A DNA stretch of 64,000 nt from an uncultured delta proteobacterium. GTDB taxonomy: Bacteria; Myxococcota_A; Polyangia; Polyangiales; B10-G4. Shown here piece by piece: positions 39,817 through 52,500 of the stretch. Location of the stretch: the NCBI GenBank assembly GCA_963727445.1, contig CAVSGI010000014.1, positions 256,001 through 320,000 on the forward strand. The letters run 5' to 3'. Each line of letters starts with the position of its first letter. The first letter of the stretch is position 1. Under the pieces are notes generated by a model, which searched no databases, was not told where the DNA came from, and was given only the letters and a program-made list of their open reading frames with translations. Made by a program: the position numbers and the translations under genes.

Positions 39817-42800
39817 ATGAACGAGAGCCAAAAGAAAATCGCGGTCGTAGGTGTCAGCACTCTCTTCCCCGGCTCGGTCGATTCGACCGGCTTCTGGAAG
39901 GACATCCTGTCGGGAACCGACCTCATCACCGACGTGCCTCCCTCGCACTGGTTGATCGAGGACTACTATGATCCCGACCCCTCCGCGCCCGACAAGACCT
40001 ACGCCAAGCGCGGCGCGTTCGTCCCGAAGGTCGACTTCGATCCGATGGCCTGGGGCGTGCCGCCTTCCACCATCCCCGCCACCGACACCTGCCAGCTGCT
40101 GTCGCTGATCGTGGCGCAGCGCGTCCTCGAGGACGCGGCGCGGGGCCAGTTCGACTACGCCGACCGCGACCGCATGAGCGTGATCCTCGGCGTGACCAGC
40201 GCCCAGGAGCTCCTCGGCGCGATGGTGAGCCGCCTTCAGCGCCCGGTGTGGACCAAGGCGCTGCGCGAGATGGGCCTTCCCGAGAGCGAGGTATCCGAGG
40301 CCTGCGAGCGCATCGAAGCGCACTACACGCCCTGGCAGGAGGCGACCTTCCCGGGCGTCCTCGGCAACGTGGTCGCGGGGCGCATCGCCAACCGCCTGAA
40401 CCTCGGCGGCACCAACTGCGTCACCGACGCGGCCTGCGCCAGCACCTTCAGCGCGCTGTCGATGGCGGTGAACGAGCTCGAGGTCGGTCAGTCCGACGTC
40501 GTGATCTGCGGCGGCGCGGACACGATGAACGACATCTTCATGTACCTCTGCTTCAGCAAGACGCCGGCGCTGAGCAAGTCGGGCGACTGCCGCCCCTTCA
40601 GCGACCAGGCCGACGGCACGATGCTGGGCGAGGGCTTCGGCATGGTGGCGCTCAAGCGTCTCGAGCAGGCCGAGGCGGACGGCGACCGCATCTACGCCGT
40701 GATCCGTGGCGTCGGCTCGAGCAGCGACGGGCGCGGCACCGAGCGTCTACGCGCCCGTTCCGAGCGGCCAGGCGAAGGCGATCCGCCGCGCCTACGACAA
40801 GGCCGGCTACGGGCCGGAGACGGTCGAGCTGATCGAGGCGCACGGCACCGGCACCATCGCGGGCGACGCGGCGGAGTTCGAGGGGCTGCGCCAGGTCTTC
40901 GACGAGTCGGGTCGTGCGGACCGGCAGTGGTGCGCCCTCGGCTCGGTGAAGTCGCAGATCGGCCACACCAAGGCCGCAGCGGGCGCCGCCGGGCTGGTGA
41001 AGGGCGTCTTCGCGCTCCATCACAGGCGTGCTTCCGCCGACGATCAAGGTGGACGCGCCGAACCCGAAGCTCTCGCTAGCGGAGAGCCCCTTCTACCTGA
41101 ACACGCGGGCGCGCCCATGGATCCGCGACGACGCGCATCCGCGCCGCGCGAGCGTCAGCTCCTTCGGCTTCGGCGGCTCGAACTTCCACATCGCCCTCGA
41201 GGAGTATGCAGGGCGACTCGCACGCCTATCTTCGGCGCGCGACCGAGAGCGAGCTCTTCGTGGTGACGGGCGACACGCCCGAAGCCGTCGCGAAGCGAAG
41301 CGCGCGAGCTGAGCGCCGCGCTCGGCGCCTCGGACGATGCCCTCGGGCTCTTCCGCTACCTCGCGCGCGCCACGCAGGAGGCGTACGACGCGGGACAGCC
41401 GTGCCGCCTCGCGGTGGTGGCGACCGACGCCGTGGACCTCGCCGCCAAGCTCGACAAGGCCGCCGTGATGGCGGCGAAGGGCGACGAGCTTCGCGACACC
41501 GAACGGCATCGTCTTCGGTCGCGGCGCGGCCGAGGGCGACGTCGCCTTCGTCTTCCCGGGCCAGGGCAGCCAGTACATCGACATGGGCGCGGTCGGTCGC
41601 CATGACCTTCCCCGAGGCGCGCGCGCCCTGGGATCGGGCGGCGAGCTCCGAGACGTTCGACGAGCCCCTGCACGACGTGGTCTTCCCGCGGCCGGTCTTC
41701 GACGACGAGGTCCGCGCCGCGCAGGAGAAGAAGCTCACGGCGACCGAGTGGGCCCAGCCCGCGATCGGCGTGACGAGCCTGTCGCACCTGGCGCTCCTCG
41801 ATCGTCTGGGCCTGTCGCCAAAGGCCGTGACCGGTCACAGCTTCGGCGAGGTGATCGCCCTTCACGCCGCCGGGCGTGCTGAGCTTCGAAGACGCGATCC
41901 GCATCGCGCGCCGTCGCGGTGAGCTGATGGCAGAAGCCGCGAAGACGCCCGGCGCCATGACCGCGGTTTCGGCGTCGGCCGACGTCCTCCGCGAAAAGCT
42001 CGCGGGATGGGACACCGACGTGGTCATCGCCAACGAGAACAGCCCGCAGCAGACGGTGCTCAGCGGCCCGACGGCCTCCATCGACGCCATCGAAGCAAAG
42101 CTGAAGGCGGACAAGCTGCGCTTCCGCCGCCTGCCGGTGGCGACCGCCTTCCACTCGAAGGTCGTCAGTGACTCCACCGTCCCCTTCGCCGAGCACCTGT
42201 CGAAGGTCGAGATGAACGCGCCGCGCCTGCCGGTCTACGGCAACACCGAGGCGGCGCCCTACCCCGCCGACGCCGACGCGGCGCGCCGTCTCCTCGCGAA
42301 CCAGCTCGCCGCCCCGGTGCGCTTCGCGCCTTCGATCGAAGCCATGTACGAGGCGGGTGCGCGCACCTTCATCGAGGTCGGCCCGGGCTCGGTCCTCACC
42401 GGCCTCGTCGGCCGCATCCTCGACGGCCGCCCCCATCGCGCCATCGCCCTCGACAAGAAGGGCAAGGACGGCGTCACCAGCCTGAACAACGCCCTCGCCC
42501 AGATGGTCGCGACCGGCCTCCCCCTGAACCTCGCCGCCCTCTGGGAGCGCTTCGAGCCCGTCGAGGATCCGCGCACCGCCAAGAAGCCGAAGCTCACCAT
42601 CTCCATCGGCGGCGCCAACTACGGCAAGCCCTACCCGCCCGAAGAGGGCGCGAGCGCGCTTCCCAAGCCCAACCCCGAACGACCGAAGCAGGCAGCGATC
42701 GTCATGACGAAGCCAGACACCCCGACGACTCCCGCAGCACGCAGTGAGTACGTTCAGCCGCCCTCCGTCCCCCAGAGGCCGATGGGGCCTGAGCCGCAAC

Positions 42801-45800
42801 CGAACGCCCTCGCGCCAGACGTGGCGGCGTACTACGCCGTGCAGTCGAAGGCGATCGAAGCCCACACCGCCTTCACCCAGGCCATGGCCCAGAGCCACAC
42901 CGCCTTCCTCGCCGCCCAGCAGCAGGCGATGCAAGCGATGGCCCAGATGCAGAGCGGCCACGTCCCGACGTTCACGCCGCAGATTGCGCCCACTCCGGTC
43001 GCACTCCCCGCATCGGTTCCCCCCCAGCAGTTGGCCCCCCAACATCCTGTGTCACCCAGCGCGTACGTTCAGTCGCCCTCGGCTCCCCAAACGCAAAGGG
43101 GGCCTGAGCCGCGCGCCAACACCGAGACCTCCCTGGTGGCGTCAGCCACCACACAGCAAAGCACTGTTCAGGAACAGATCGCGACCCCCGCGTCTCCGTC
43201 CGTGCCCGCGTCCGACGCCCCGTCGTCCGTCGATCTCCAACAGATCATGCTCGAGATCGTCGCCGACAAGACCGGCTACCCGCTCGAGATGCTCGACCTC
43301 TCGATGGACCTCGCCGGTGACCTCGGCGTGGACTCCATCAAGCGCGTCGAGATCCTCGCCTCCATGAAGGAGCGCGCCGAGGGTCTGCCCGAGGTCGATC
43401 CCGCCGAGCTCGGCAAGCTCCGCACCCTGCAGGAGATCGTCGACCGCATGCAGGCCGAATCACCCGGCGGGAACGTTCAGGGGCCCTCCGGCCACGGCCC
43501 ACAAAGGGGGCCTGAGCCGGAGCCCAACGCCGTCGGGCCGGACGTGGCGGCCGCGGCCCCTGCCGCCTCGGCGTCGGGACCCAGCCACTCCGCCGCCGAC
43601 CTCCAGGCGCTCATGCTCGAGATCGTCGCCGAAAAGACCGGCTACCCGCATCGAGATGCTCGACCTCTCCATGGACCTCGCCGGCGACCTCGGCGTCGAC
43701 TCCATCAAGCGCGTCGAGATCCTCGCCGCCATGAAGGAGCGCGCCGAGGGTCTGCCCGAGGTCGACCCCGCCGAGCTCGGCAAGCTTCGCACGCTTCAGG
43801 AGATCGTCGACCGCATGCAGGCCGAATCACCCGGCGGGAACGTTCAGGGGCCCTCCGGCCACGGCCCACAAAGGGGGCCTGAGCCGGAGCCCAACGCCGT
43901 CGGGCCGGACGTGGCGGCCGCGGCGCCTGCCGCCTCGGCGTCGGGGCCCAGCCACTCCGCGGCCGACCTCCAGGCGCTCATGCTCGAGATCGTCGCCGAA
44001 AAGACCGGCTACCCCACCGAGATGCTCGACCTCTCCATGGACCTCGACGGCGACCTCGGCGTCGACTCCATCAAGCGCGTCGAGATCCTCGCCGCCATGA
44101 AGGAGCGCGCCGAGGGCCTGCCCGAGGTCGACCCCGCCGAGCTCGGAAAGCTTCGCACGCTGCAGGAGATCGTCGACCGCATGCAGCAGGCCGAATCACT
44201 CGGTGGGAACGTTCCGGGGTCCTCCGGCCACGGCCCACAAAGGGGGCCTGAGCCGCAACCCAACTCCCAAGGGCCGGACGTGGCGCCCACCCGCTGGGCC
44301 CTGCGCCTCGCGCCCACGCCCGCGCCGGGCTTCACCCTTGCGCACCTCTTCGATGCGAAGTCGATCGCCGTCGTCGACGGCGGCTCCGGCCTCGCGCAAC
44401 GCGTCGCCGCTGCCCTCGTCTCGCGCGGGGTGGCTGCGAAGGCGGGAGCGCCCGACGCGCAGAGCGACGGCGTCGTCTTCCTCGGCGGGCTCGCCAAGCC
44501 AGGCACCATCGATGACGCGATCCGCATTCAGCGCGAAGCCTTCGAAGCCGCGAAGGCCGTCGCACCGAAGCTCGCGGACGGGGCCCCGGGCATCTTCGTG
44601 ACCGTGCAGGACACGGGCGCCGACTTCGGGCTCTCGGGCGCCAAAGACCTGCGCGCGTGGGTCGGCGGTCTGCCCGGCCTCACCAAGACCGCCGCGCAGG
44701 AGTGGCCGTCCGTCGGCTGCCGTGCCGTCGACATCGACCGGCACGAGCGCGGCGACGGCGCCGTGGCCGACGCCCTCGTCCGTGAGCTCATCCGCGGCGG
44801 CGACGCCCTCGAGGTCGCGCTGGACGCCGATGGCAAGCGCCACACCCTCGAGAGCTACGCCGCCGAGGCGACCGGCGCAGACGCCGCGCGTCACCAAGGA
44901 CTCCGTGATCGTCGCCTCGGGCGGCGCGCGCGGCGTCACCGCCGAGACGATCATCGCCCTCGCCAGGGAGACCGCCGCGAGCTTCGTGCTCCTCGGCCGC
45001 ACCGCCCTCGAAGACGAGCCGGCCGCGTGCCACAGCGCCGCGGACGACGCCGCCATCAAGAAGGCGCTCCTCGACGACGCCAAGGCCCGCGGCGAGAAGA
45101 TCAGCCCAGCGGATCTCGGCGCGCGCGCGAAGCGCATCCTCGCCGCCCGCGAGGTGCGCGCGACGCTCTCGGCCATCGAGGCCGCGGGAGGCCGGGCTCG
45201 TTACGTCGCCGCGAGCGTCACCGACGCCAGCGCCCTGGGCGCCGCCCTCGACGCGGTGCGCACCGAGTGGGGCCCCGATCACCGGCATCATCCATGGCGC
45301 CGGTCTCATCGCCGACCGCTTCATCGCGGACAAGAGCGTGGAGGACTTCACGCGCGTCTTCGACACCAAGGTACGAGGCCTGTCGGCGCTCCTCGACGCG
45401 ACGGCGAACGATCCCCTCTCGGTGCTCGTCGCCTTCTCGTCGGTCGCGGGTCGCTGCGGCAACCGCGGCCAGTGCGACTACGCGATGGCGAACGAGACCC
45501 TGAACAAGGTTCTCGACGCCGAGCAGGCTTCGCGCGGCACTTCCTTTTTCGCGCGGAGCCTCGGCTGGGGCCCGTGGGAAGGCGGCATGGTCACGCCCGC
45601 CCTCAAGCAGCACTTCCAGAGCCTCGGCGTGCCGCTGATCTCCCTCGAAGCCGGCGCGAAGATGCTGGTGGACGAGCTGATGGACGAGAGCGACTCGGTC
45701 GAGCTCGTGCTCGGCGGCGAGCCGCGGGCCGAGGCGCTGTCGGCGAACGCCGGTGGACATCGGGACTCGGCGAGCTTCGACGTGCTCATCGACCAGCGCA

Positions 45801-46580
45801 CCTTCCCCGCCATCGATCATCACCGGGTCAAGGGTCAGCCCGTGCTGCCGGTCGCCCTGGTGATCGAGCTCTTCGGCCGCGCCATCGAAGCGACCCGCCC
45901 GGACCTGGTCTTCACCGCGATCGAGGACCTCAAGGTCCTGCGCGGCGTGCCCCTCGAACACTACGAGGACGGCGGCGAGCTCCTCGGCATTCGGCTGACC
46001 CAGCTCTCCAACGGTGACGGAGTCGTCTTCCGCCTCGAGCTCGTCGACCGCAGCGGCCACCCCCGCTATACGGCGAGGGGCCTGGCCGAGCACCACGCGC
46101 CTCAGCGCAGCTCGCTTCCGGCCCCGGGCCGAAGGGCTCGCGCGCTTCGAAGGTACCGTCTACGACGGCGTCGCGCTCTTCCACGGAGACGCCTTCCAGG
46201 TGATCACCGACGCGCCCGAGGTCGGCGAGGCCGGTCTCGAAGCGATCCTCGAGGGCGGCGAGTCGCGCGGCTGGACGGGCGATGCATGGGTGACCGACCC
46301 GGCGCTCGTCGACGGCGGCCTGCAGCTCGCGCTCCTGTGGACCTGCCACGAGCTCGGGGGCGCCGCGCTGCCCACCTCCTTCGGCGCTTCCGCCGCTTCT
46401 CGCGCGGGCTCGCGCGGCGGCGAGGTGAAGGCCATCCTCACCGGCAGCGAGCGTCACGAGAGCCGCGGCGTCTCCGACGTCGTGCTCATCGACGCCAAGG
46501 GCAAGCCGGTCGCCGAGATCCTCGGCGTCGAGATGCACGTCCTGCCCGGCTCGCGCGCGGGCACCTCGGTGCGCGTCTGA
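39817..46580 (+). CDS. pfaA: PUFA synthase PfaA-like subunit (Pfa2): KS-MAT-3xACP-KR-PKS DH; many frameshifts
   Basis: KS: DAACAS, EAHGTGT, GHTKAAAG. MAT: FPGQGSQY, GHSFGE, AFHS. Three DLGVDSIKRVEIL ACPs. KR: SGGARGVT, GNRGQCDYAMAN. DH: HRVKGQPVLP and DGGLQ. Confidence 0.9.
42738..44285 (+). repeat. 96-nt element copies 2-6 in pfa2 linkers (42738-42826, 43052-43141, 43454-43549, 43821-43916, 44190-44285)
   Basis: Shared boxes CAC-N9-ACGTTC(A/C)G-N21-CAAAGGGGGCCTGAGCCG-N24-GTGGCG (copy 2 has CCGATGGGG in place of CAAAGGGGG). Confidence 0.85.
43247..44285 (+). repeat. Tandem ACP+linker repeats, period 366 nt
   Basis: atgctcgagatcgtcgcc recurs at 43247, 43613 and 43980; the units are near-identical at DNA level. 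Confidence 0.9.
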
Positions 46581-46593
46581 ACGTCTGTCCCAC

Positions 46594-49500
46594 ATGCGCT
46601 TCGCACCCATCGCCATCGTCGGCCGGGCGTGCCTCCTGCCCGGCGCCCACTCGCCCGAGGCGCTCTTCGCCCTGGCGCGGGAGGGCCGCGACGTGCTCTC
46701 GGATGCGCCCGCGGGGCGGTGGCGCGTGCCGGACGCGGACGTGCTCGCCGTCAGCGGACGACGCCGCGGACCGGACGTGGACGCGGCGCGGCGGCTACGT
46801 CGACGGCTTCACCTTCGACCCGTCGGGTCTGAAGCTCCCAGCCGAGGTCCTGAACGCGGTCGATCCCCTCACCCAGTGGGTGCTCGACACCGGGCGCCGC
46901 GCCCTCGCCGATGCCCGCGCTGGGCGACGACCCGACGCGCACCGGCGCGGTCCTCGGCAACCTCTCGCTCCCCTCCTCGGGTGCGGCGCGCTACGCCGAG
47001 ATGATCTGGCTGGGCGAGCTCGCCGCGAAGGTGGGCATCGGCGCGCATCCCTTCGACCGCTTCAACTCCGGACTGCCTGCCCACACCCTCGCGCAGGCGC
47101 TCGGTCTCGGCCTCGGCGGCTACGCGCTCGATGCGGCCTGCGCCTCGTCGCTCTACGCGATCGAGCTCGCCTGTCGCGCGCTGTCCACGGGCCGCGCTGA
47201 CCGCATGCTCGCCGGCGCCGTCAACCGCGCCGACGACCTCTTCCTCCACATCGGCTTCTGCGCCCTCGGCGCCATGAGCAAGACGGGGCAGAGCCGCCCC
47301 TTCCACGCGCGACGCCGACGGGCTCGTCCCCGGCGAAGGCGCGGGCTTCGTGGTGCTCGAGCGCCTCGACGACGCGCTCCGAAACGGACGCACCATCCAC
47401 GGCGTCATCCGCGGCGTCGGCCTGGCGAACGACGGCCGCGGCAAGGGCCTGCTCGCGCCGAGCGCCGCCGGACAGGAACGCTCCATGCGGCTCGCCCTCG
47501 AGATGGCGGGTCTCGTCGCCCGCCGACGTCCCCTACATCGAGTGCCACGCGACCGGGCACCCCGGTCGGCGACGCGACGGAGATCGCGTCCATGCGCGCG
47601 GTCTACGGCGAGAGCGACAAGCGCATCGGCTCCCTCAAGGGCAACGTCGGGCATCTGATCACAGCCGCGGGCGTCGCCGGGTTGATCAAGGTGATGGAGG
47701 CGCTGCGCGAGGGCGTGACGTCCCGCCGACCCCGCATCAGGACGCGCGTCTCGACGCGCTCACCGCGTCCCCCTTCGAGACGCTCGGACCGCGCCGAGCC
47801 GTGGCGCGGCCCACGCCGCGCGGGCCTGAGCGCCTTCGGCTTCGGCGGGAACGACGCCCATCTGATCGTCGAGGCCTTCGAGCCCGAGCGCGCCTTCGCA
47901 CCGGTACAGGCCGCTCTGTCGCGAGACCCCATCGTCGCAGTGGGGATCGGCGCCCGCGTCGGCGACGGCCAGTCCGCGGCGGACTTCGAGCGCTCGCTCG
48001 GCGGACGCGGCCGCGCACGCGCCGCAGACCGTGCGCTTCCCGATGAAGGAGCTCCGCTTTCCGCCCGATGATCTCAAGAAGGCGAGCGCCCAGCAGACGA
48101 TGCTCCTCGCCGCCGCGCTCGAAGCGACCCGAGGGCCTGACGCTGCCGCGCGAGACCACCGGCGTCTTCGTCGGCTACCAGTGCGACCCGGAGATCGCGC
48201 GCTGGGGCGCGCGGTGGCGCGCAGGGACGCTGGGCCGAGGCGCTCGGCGCGGGCGAGGATTGGACGCGCGCGGCGAAGGACGCCTTCGTTCCGCCCCTCG
48301 AAGCGCAGCACGTCCTCGGCACGCTCCCGAACATCCCCGCCAACCGCATCAGCTCCCAGCTCGATCTCGATGGGCCCGAGCTTCACCACGAGCGCCGAAG
48401 AGCAGAGCGGCCTTCGTGCCCTCGGCCTCGCCATCGAGGCGCTCGAGCGCGGCGACCTCGACGCCGCCCTCGTCGGCGCCGTCGACCTCTCCACCGAGCC
48501 CGTCCACGACGCGGCCCTCTGCGCCATGGGCCAGACCCCCGCGCACGGCGACGCCGCGGTGATGCTCGTGCTCGAGCGCCGCAGTGACGCCGAGCGCGAG
48601 GGCCTGCCGATCCTCGGCGAGCTCCGCCTCGGCGAGAGCGACGCCCCCGCGCTTCACCTCCGCCCTCCCCCGCGCCCACGCCGCCGCCGGCCTCGTCGAC
48701 ACCGCGGCCGCCCTGTTGCGCGCCGCCCGCGGCCAGCGGCGCCGACGGCACCCCCTGGACCGATGACGAGCGCCGCCTCGCCCTCGACGTCGACGCCCTC
48801 GGCGCCGCGCCCATGACCGTCGAAGTCCGCGCGACCGGCCCGGCGCTCCCCCCCCTGTCCGAAGCGACGAACGACGAGACCCTCGACATGCCCGCACACC
48901 TGCCCCCCGTCGCCCTCCCGCCGCTCCGAGCCGCACAGGATCAGCCGATGCAGAAGATGGCGCCCGCCCCCACCTTGCCGCCCACCACCTACGACGGCCC
49001 TGCGGCACCCCCTGAGCCGCACCCGAAGGCCGAGACCTCACTGGTGGCGCCGCCACCACACGGCTGAACGCCGTTCCGCAGTATCTCGCGACCCCACAAC
49101 CCTCCGGCCCACTCGCTCAGTTCGCCCACCACCAGGCCCAGGTCGCCGAAGCCCACACCGCCTTCATCCAGCAGCAGACGGCCCTCCACCGACAGTTCCT
49201 GGCGACGATCTTCGGCACCCCCGCGCCCACTCCCGCGCGCGTCCACACGCCCGATCCCGTTCGCATTCCCGTTCCCGTCTCCCGAGCCCGCTCGCGCTCC
49301 CGTTCACATTCCCGAGCCCGCTCGCGTTCGCGGTCCTATTCACGCTCCCGAGCCCGTTCACGAGCAGGCCGCTCCGACACGCAAGCTGAAGGCCGAATCA
49401 CCCAGTGGGATCGTTCAGTCACCCTCGGGCGAGCCATCTCAAAGGGGGCCTGAACCGCCTCCGAAGGCCGAGACGTCGGTGGTGGCGCCCCTCGCCTTCC

Positions 49501-52500
49501 GCCCCACCGGCCCCTCCTTCGATCGCGCCGCGCTCGAAATCCACGCCTCCGGCCGCATCTCCGAGATCTTCGGCACCGACTTCGAAAAGCAGGACGGCTT
49601 CGCCGTCCAGGTGCGCATGCCCGAGCCGCCGCTGCTCCTCGCCGACCGCGTGCACCGGCATCGACGCCGAGCCCGGCTCGATGAAGAAGGGCACGTGCTG
49701 GACCGAGACCGACGTGCGCGAGGACTCCTGGTACCTGCACGACGGGCACATGCCCGCCGGGATCATGGTCGAGTCCGGACAGGCCGACCTCTTCCTGATC
49801 AGCTATCTCGGCGCCGACTTCTTGAACCGCGGCGAGCGCGCCTACCGCCTGCTCGGCTGCGAGATGACATGCCACGGCGACCTGCCGAAGATCGGCGAGA
49901 CCCTCGCCTACGACATCCACGTCGACGGCCACGCCGCCCAGGGCGACGTCCGCCTCTTCTTCTTCCACTACGACTGCCACGTCCGCCGCGACGACGGCAC
50001 CACCCGCCCGGCGCTCAGCGTGCGCGGCGGCCAGGCCGGCTTCTTCACCGAGGGCGAGCTCGCCGAGTCCGACGGGATTCTGTGGAAGCCCGAGGGCCAG
50101 GAGATCGTCCAGGACGCGCGCGTCGACGCGCCCGCGGTCGCCTCTCGAAGCGCCGGCGCTTCTACGCGCGAAGCAGGTCGAGGCGTTCGCCGACGGCCGC
50201 CCCTGGGACTGCTTCGGCCAGGGCTATCTCCGCACCAAGACGCATACCCGCACGCCGCGCATCCAAGACGGACGCATGCTCTTCCTCGACACCGTCGAGC
50301 TCGATCCGAAGGGCGGGCCCTGGGGCCGCGGCTATCTCAAGCGCGGTCACCCCCATCTCCCCCGACGACTGGTACTTCGACGGCCACTTCAAGAACGACC
50401 CCTGCATGCCCGGCACGCTGATGTTCGAAGGGCTGCGTGCAGGCGATGGCCTTCTACCTGTCGGCGCTGGGCTACACCATCGACCGCGACGGCTGGCGCT
50501 TCCAGCCCATCGCCGAAACGAAGTTCGACCTTCGCTGCCGCGGCCAGGTGATCCCCGCCTCGAAGGAGCTCACCTACGAGGTCTTCGTCGAGGAGGTCCA
50601 CGACGGCCCGGTGCCCAAGCTCTACGCCGACCTGCTCTGCACCGTCGACGGCCTCGGCGCCTTCCACGCGCGCCGCTTCGGCCTCGAGCTCACGCCGAGC
50701 TGGCCGCTGACCGACCGGCCGGAGCTCATGCGCGAAGGCAAGGACGACCCGCGCGCCGCCGTCGCGTCGATCAGGACAGCGCGCCCTTCCGCTTCGACTA
50801 GCCCTCGCTCCTCGCCTGCGCCTGGGGCCAGCCCTCGACCGCCTTCGGCCCGATGTACGAGCGCTTCGACGGTCACCGCCGCACGCCGCGCCTGCCCGGC
50901 CCGCCCTACCACTTCCTGACCCGCGTCACGAAGGTCGACGGAGCGATGGGCGGCCTCGAGAGCGACAAGACCCTCGAGTTCGAGTACGACATCCCCGAGG
51001 ACGCCTGGTACTTCGAAGAGAACGGCGCGCGGGTGATGCCCTTCGCCGTGCTGCTCGAAGCCGCGCTGCAGCCCTGCGGCTGGATGGCGAGCTACGTCGG
51101 GTGCGACTCTCACGAGCGAGAACGACTTACTCTTCCGCAACCTCGACGGCAAGGGAACGATCCTCGCCGAGGTCTTCCCCGACAGCGGCACGCTGCACAC
51201 GACGGTGAAGATCAAGAACATCTCGCGCTCGAGCGGAATGATCATCGTCTCCTTCGACGTGCGCTGCCGCTTCGGCGACACCGACGTCTACCATCTCGAC
51301 ACGGTCTTCGGCTTCTTCCCCCCGGAGGCCTTCGAGGACCAGGCCGGTCTACCCACCGACGATGCCCAGCGCGCGACCTTCGACGCCGAAGGCAACGTCT
51401 CCATCGATCTCACCGCGCGCCCGCCGCGCTTCTGCGAAGGCTCGGCTCCGCCTCGCCGAGCCGATGCTCCTGATGCTCGACCGCATCACCCGCCTCGACA
51501 AGACGGGCGGCGCCGAGGGCCTCGGCGCTGCTCCGCGCCGAAAAGGACGTCGACCCGGCGAGTGGTTCTTCAAGGCGCACTTCTTCCAGGACCCGGTGCA
51601 GCCCGGCTCGCTCGGCATCGAGGCGATGCTCCAGGTGCTTCAGGCGTTCATGATCGACGCCGACATGGGTGAAGGCATCGCCCACCCGCGCTTCGAGGCC
51701 ATCGCCACCGACCTGCCCCACGTCTGGAAGTACCGCGGCCAGGTCGTGCCCGAGGCGAAGACGGTCACCACCACGCTCGAGATCGTCGAGACCGGCGCCG
51801 ATGATCGCGGGGCCTACGCCCTCGCCGACGCGTCGCTCTGGGTCGACGGGAAGCGGATCTACGAAGCTCACCGCCTCGGCATGCGCATCGTCGCTGGCGA
51901 GCCCGCGCCCGCAGAGGACGAAGAGATCCTCGATCCCGAAGAGGACACCTGGCTCGGCGATCACCGCCCGACGCACACCGCCCCCGCGCTGCCCATGATG
52001 AGCATCGTCGACCGGATGATGGCGGCGGCGCGTCGTGCGCGCCCCGACCTCGACGGCCTTCACGATCTCGAGGTCGAGCGCTGGGTCGTGGTGAACGGCC
52101 CCACGCGAACCCGCACCGTGCTGGACGGCGACGAGGTGCGCTTCGAGGTGTGGCGCGACGCGAACGATCCGCGCCTCTCCCGCTTCGAGGTCGCCGCGCG
52201 CGCCAAGCTCGGCGCGCCGACGTCGCTCGAGGAGATCGCGCCCCTCGGCAAGACGAAGCGGATCGATCCCTATGGGGGCGACCGCCTCTTTCACGGCCCC
52301 GCCTTCCACTACGTGCGCGAGCTCGAGATGGGCGAGCGCGGCGCCCGGGCAATGCTCGACGTGGACGCTGGGACGGTCCCCGCCGGCGCCATGCACCAGG
52401 GTCTCCTCGACGCGATCACTCACCTCATCCCACACGACGACCTCGCGTCCTGGTCGCCCCGCGTCGGCAAGGACGTCGTCGGCTACCCGCGCCGCCTCGA

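Noticed and set aside
43052..43141. Resemblance of the 96-nt element to c-di-GMP-I (ACGCAAAG..GGCCU), c-di-AMP (GCCGAAUC) or 6S RNA (CCUGAGCCG..GUGGCG) segments
   Set aside because: Only short words match from memory. The GAAA-tetraloop stem and other required parts are missing, and the 6S-like halves are in reverse order. An Infernal scan is needed before any such call.
42738..44285. CRISPR array interpretation of the repeats
   Set aside because: The repeats are degenerate, in-frame and separated by ACP domains; there are no unique 30-40 nt spacers and no cas genes.
50799..50801. In-frame TAG within pfa3 (FD*PSLLACAWG) as possible pyrrolysine or readthrough
   Set aside because: It is one base from TAC (Tyr) in an error-rich region, and no pyl genes are visible; most likely a base-calling error.
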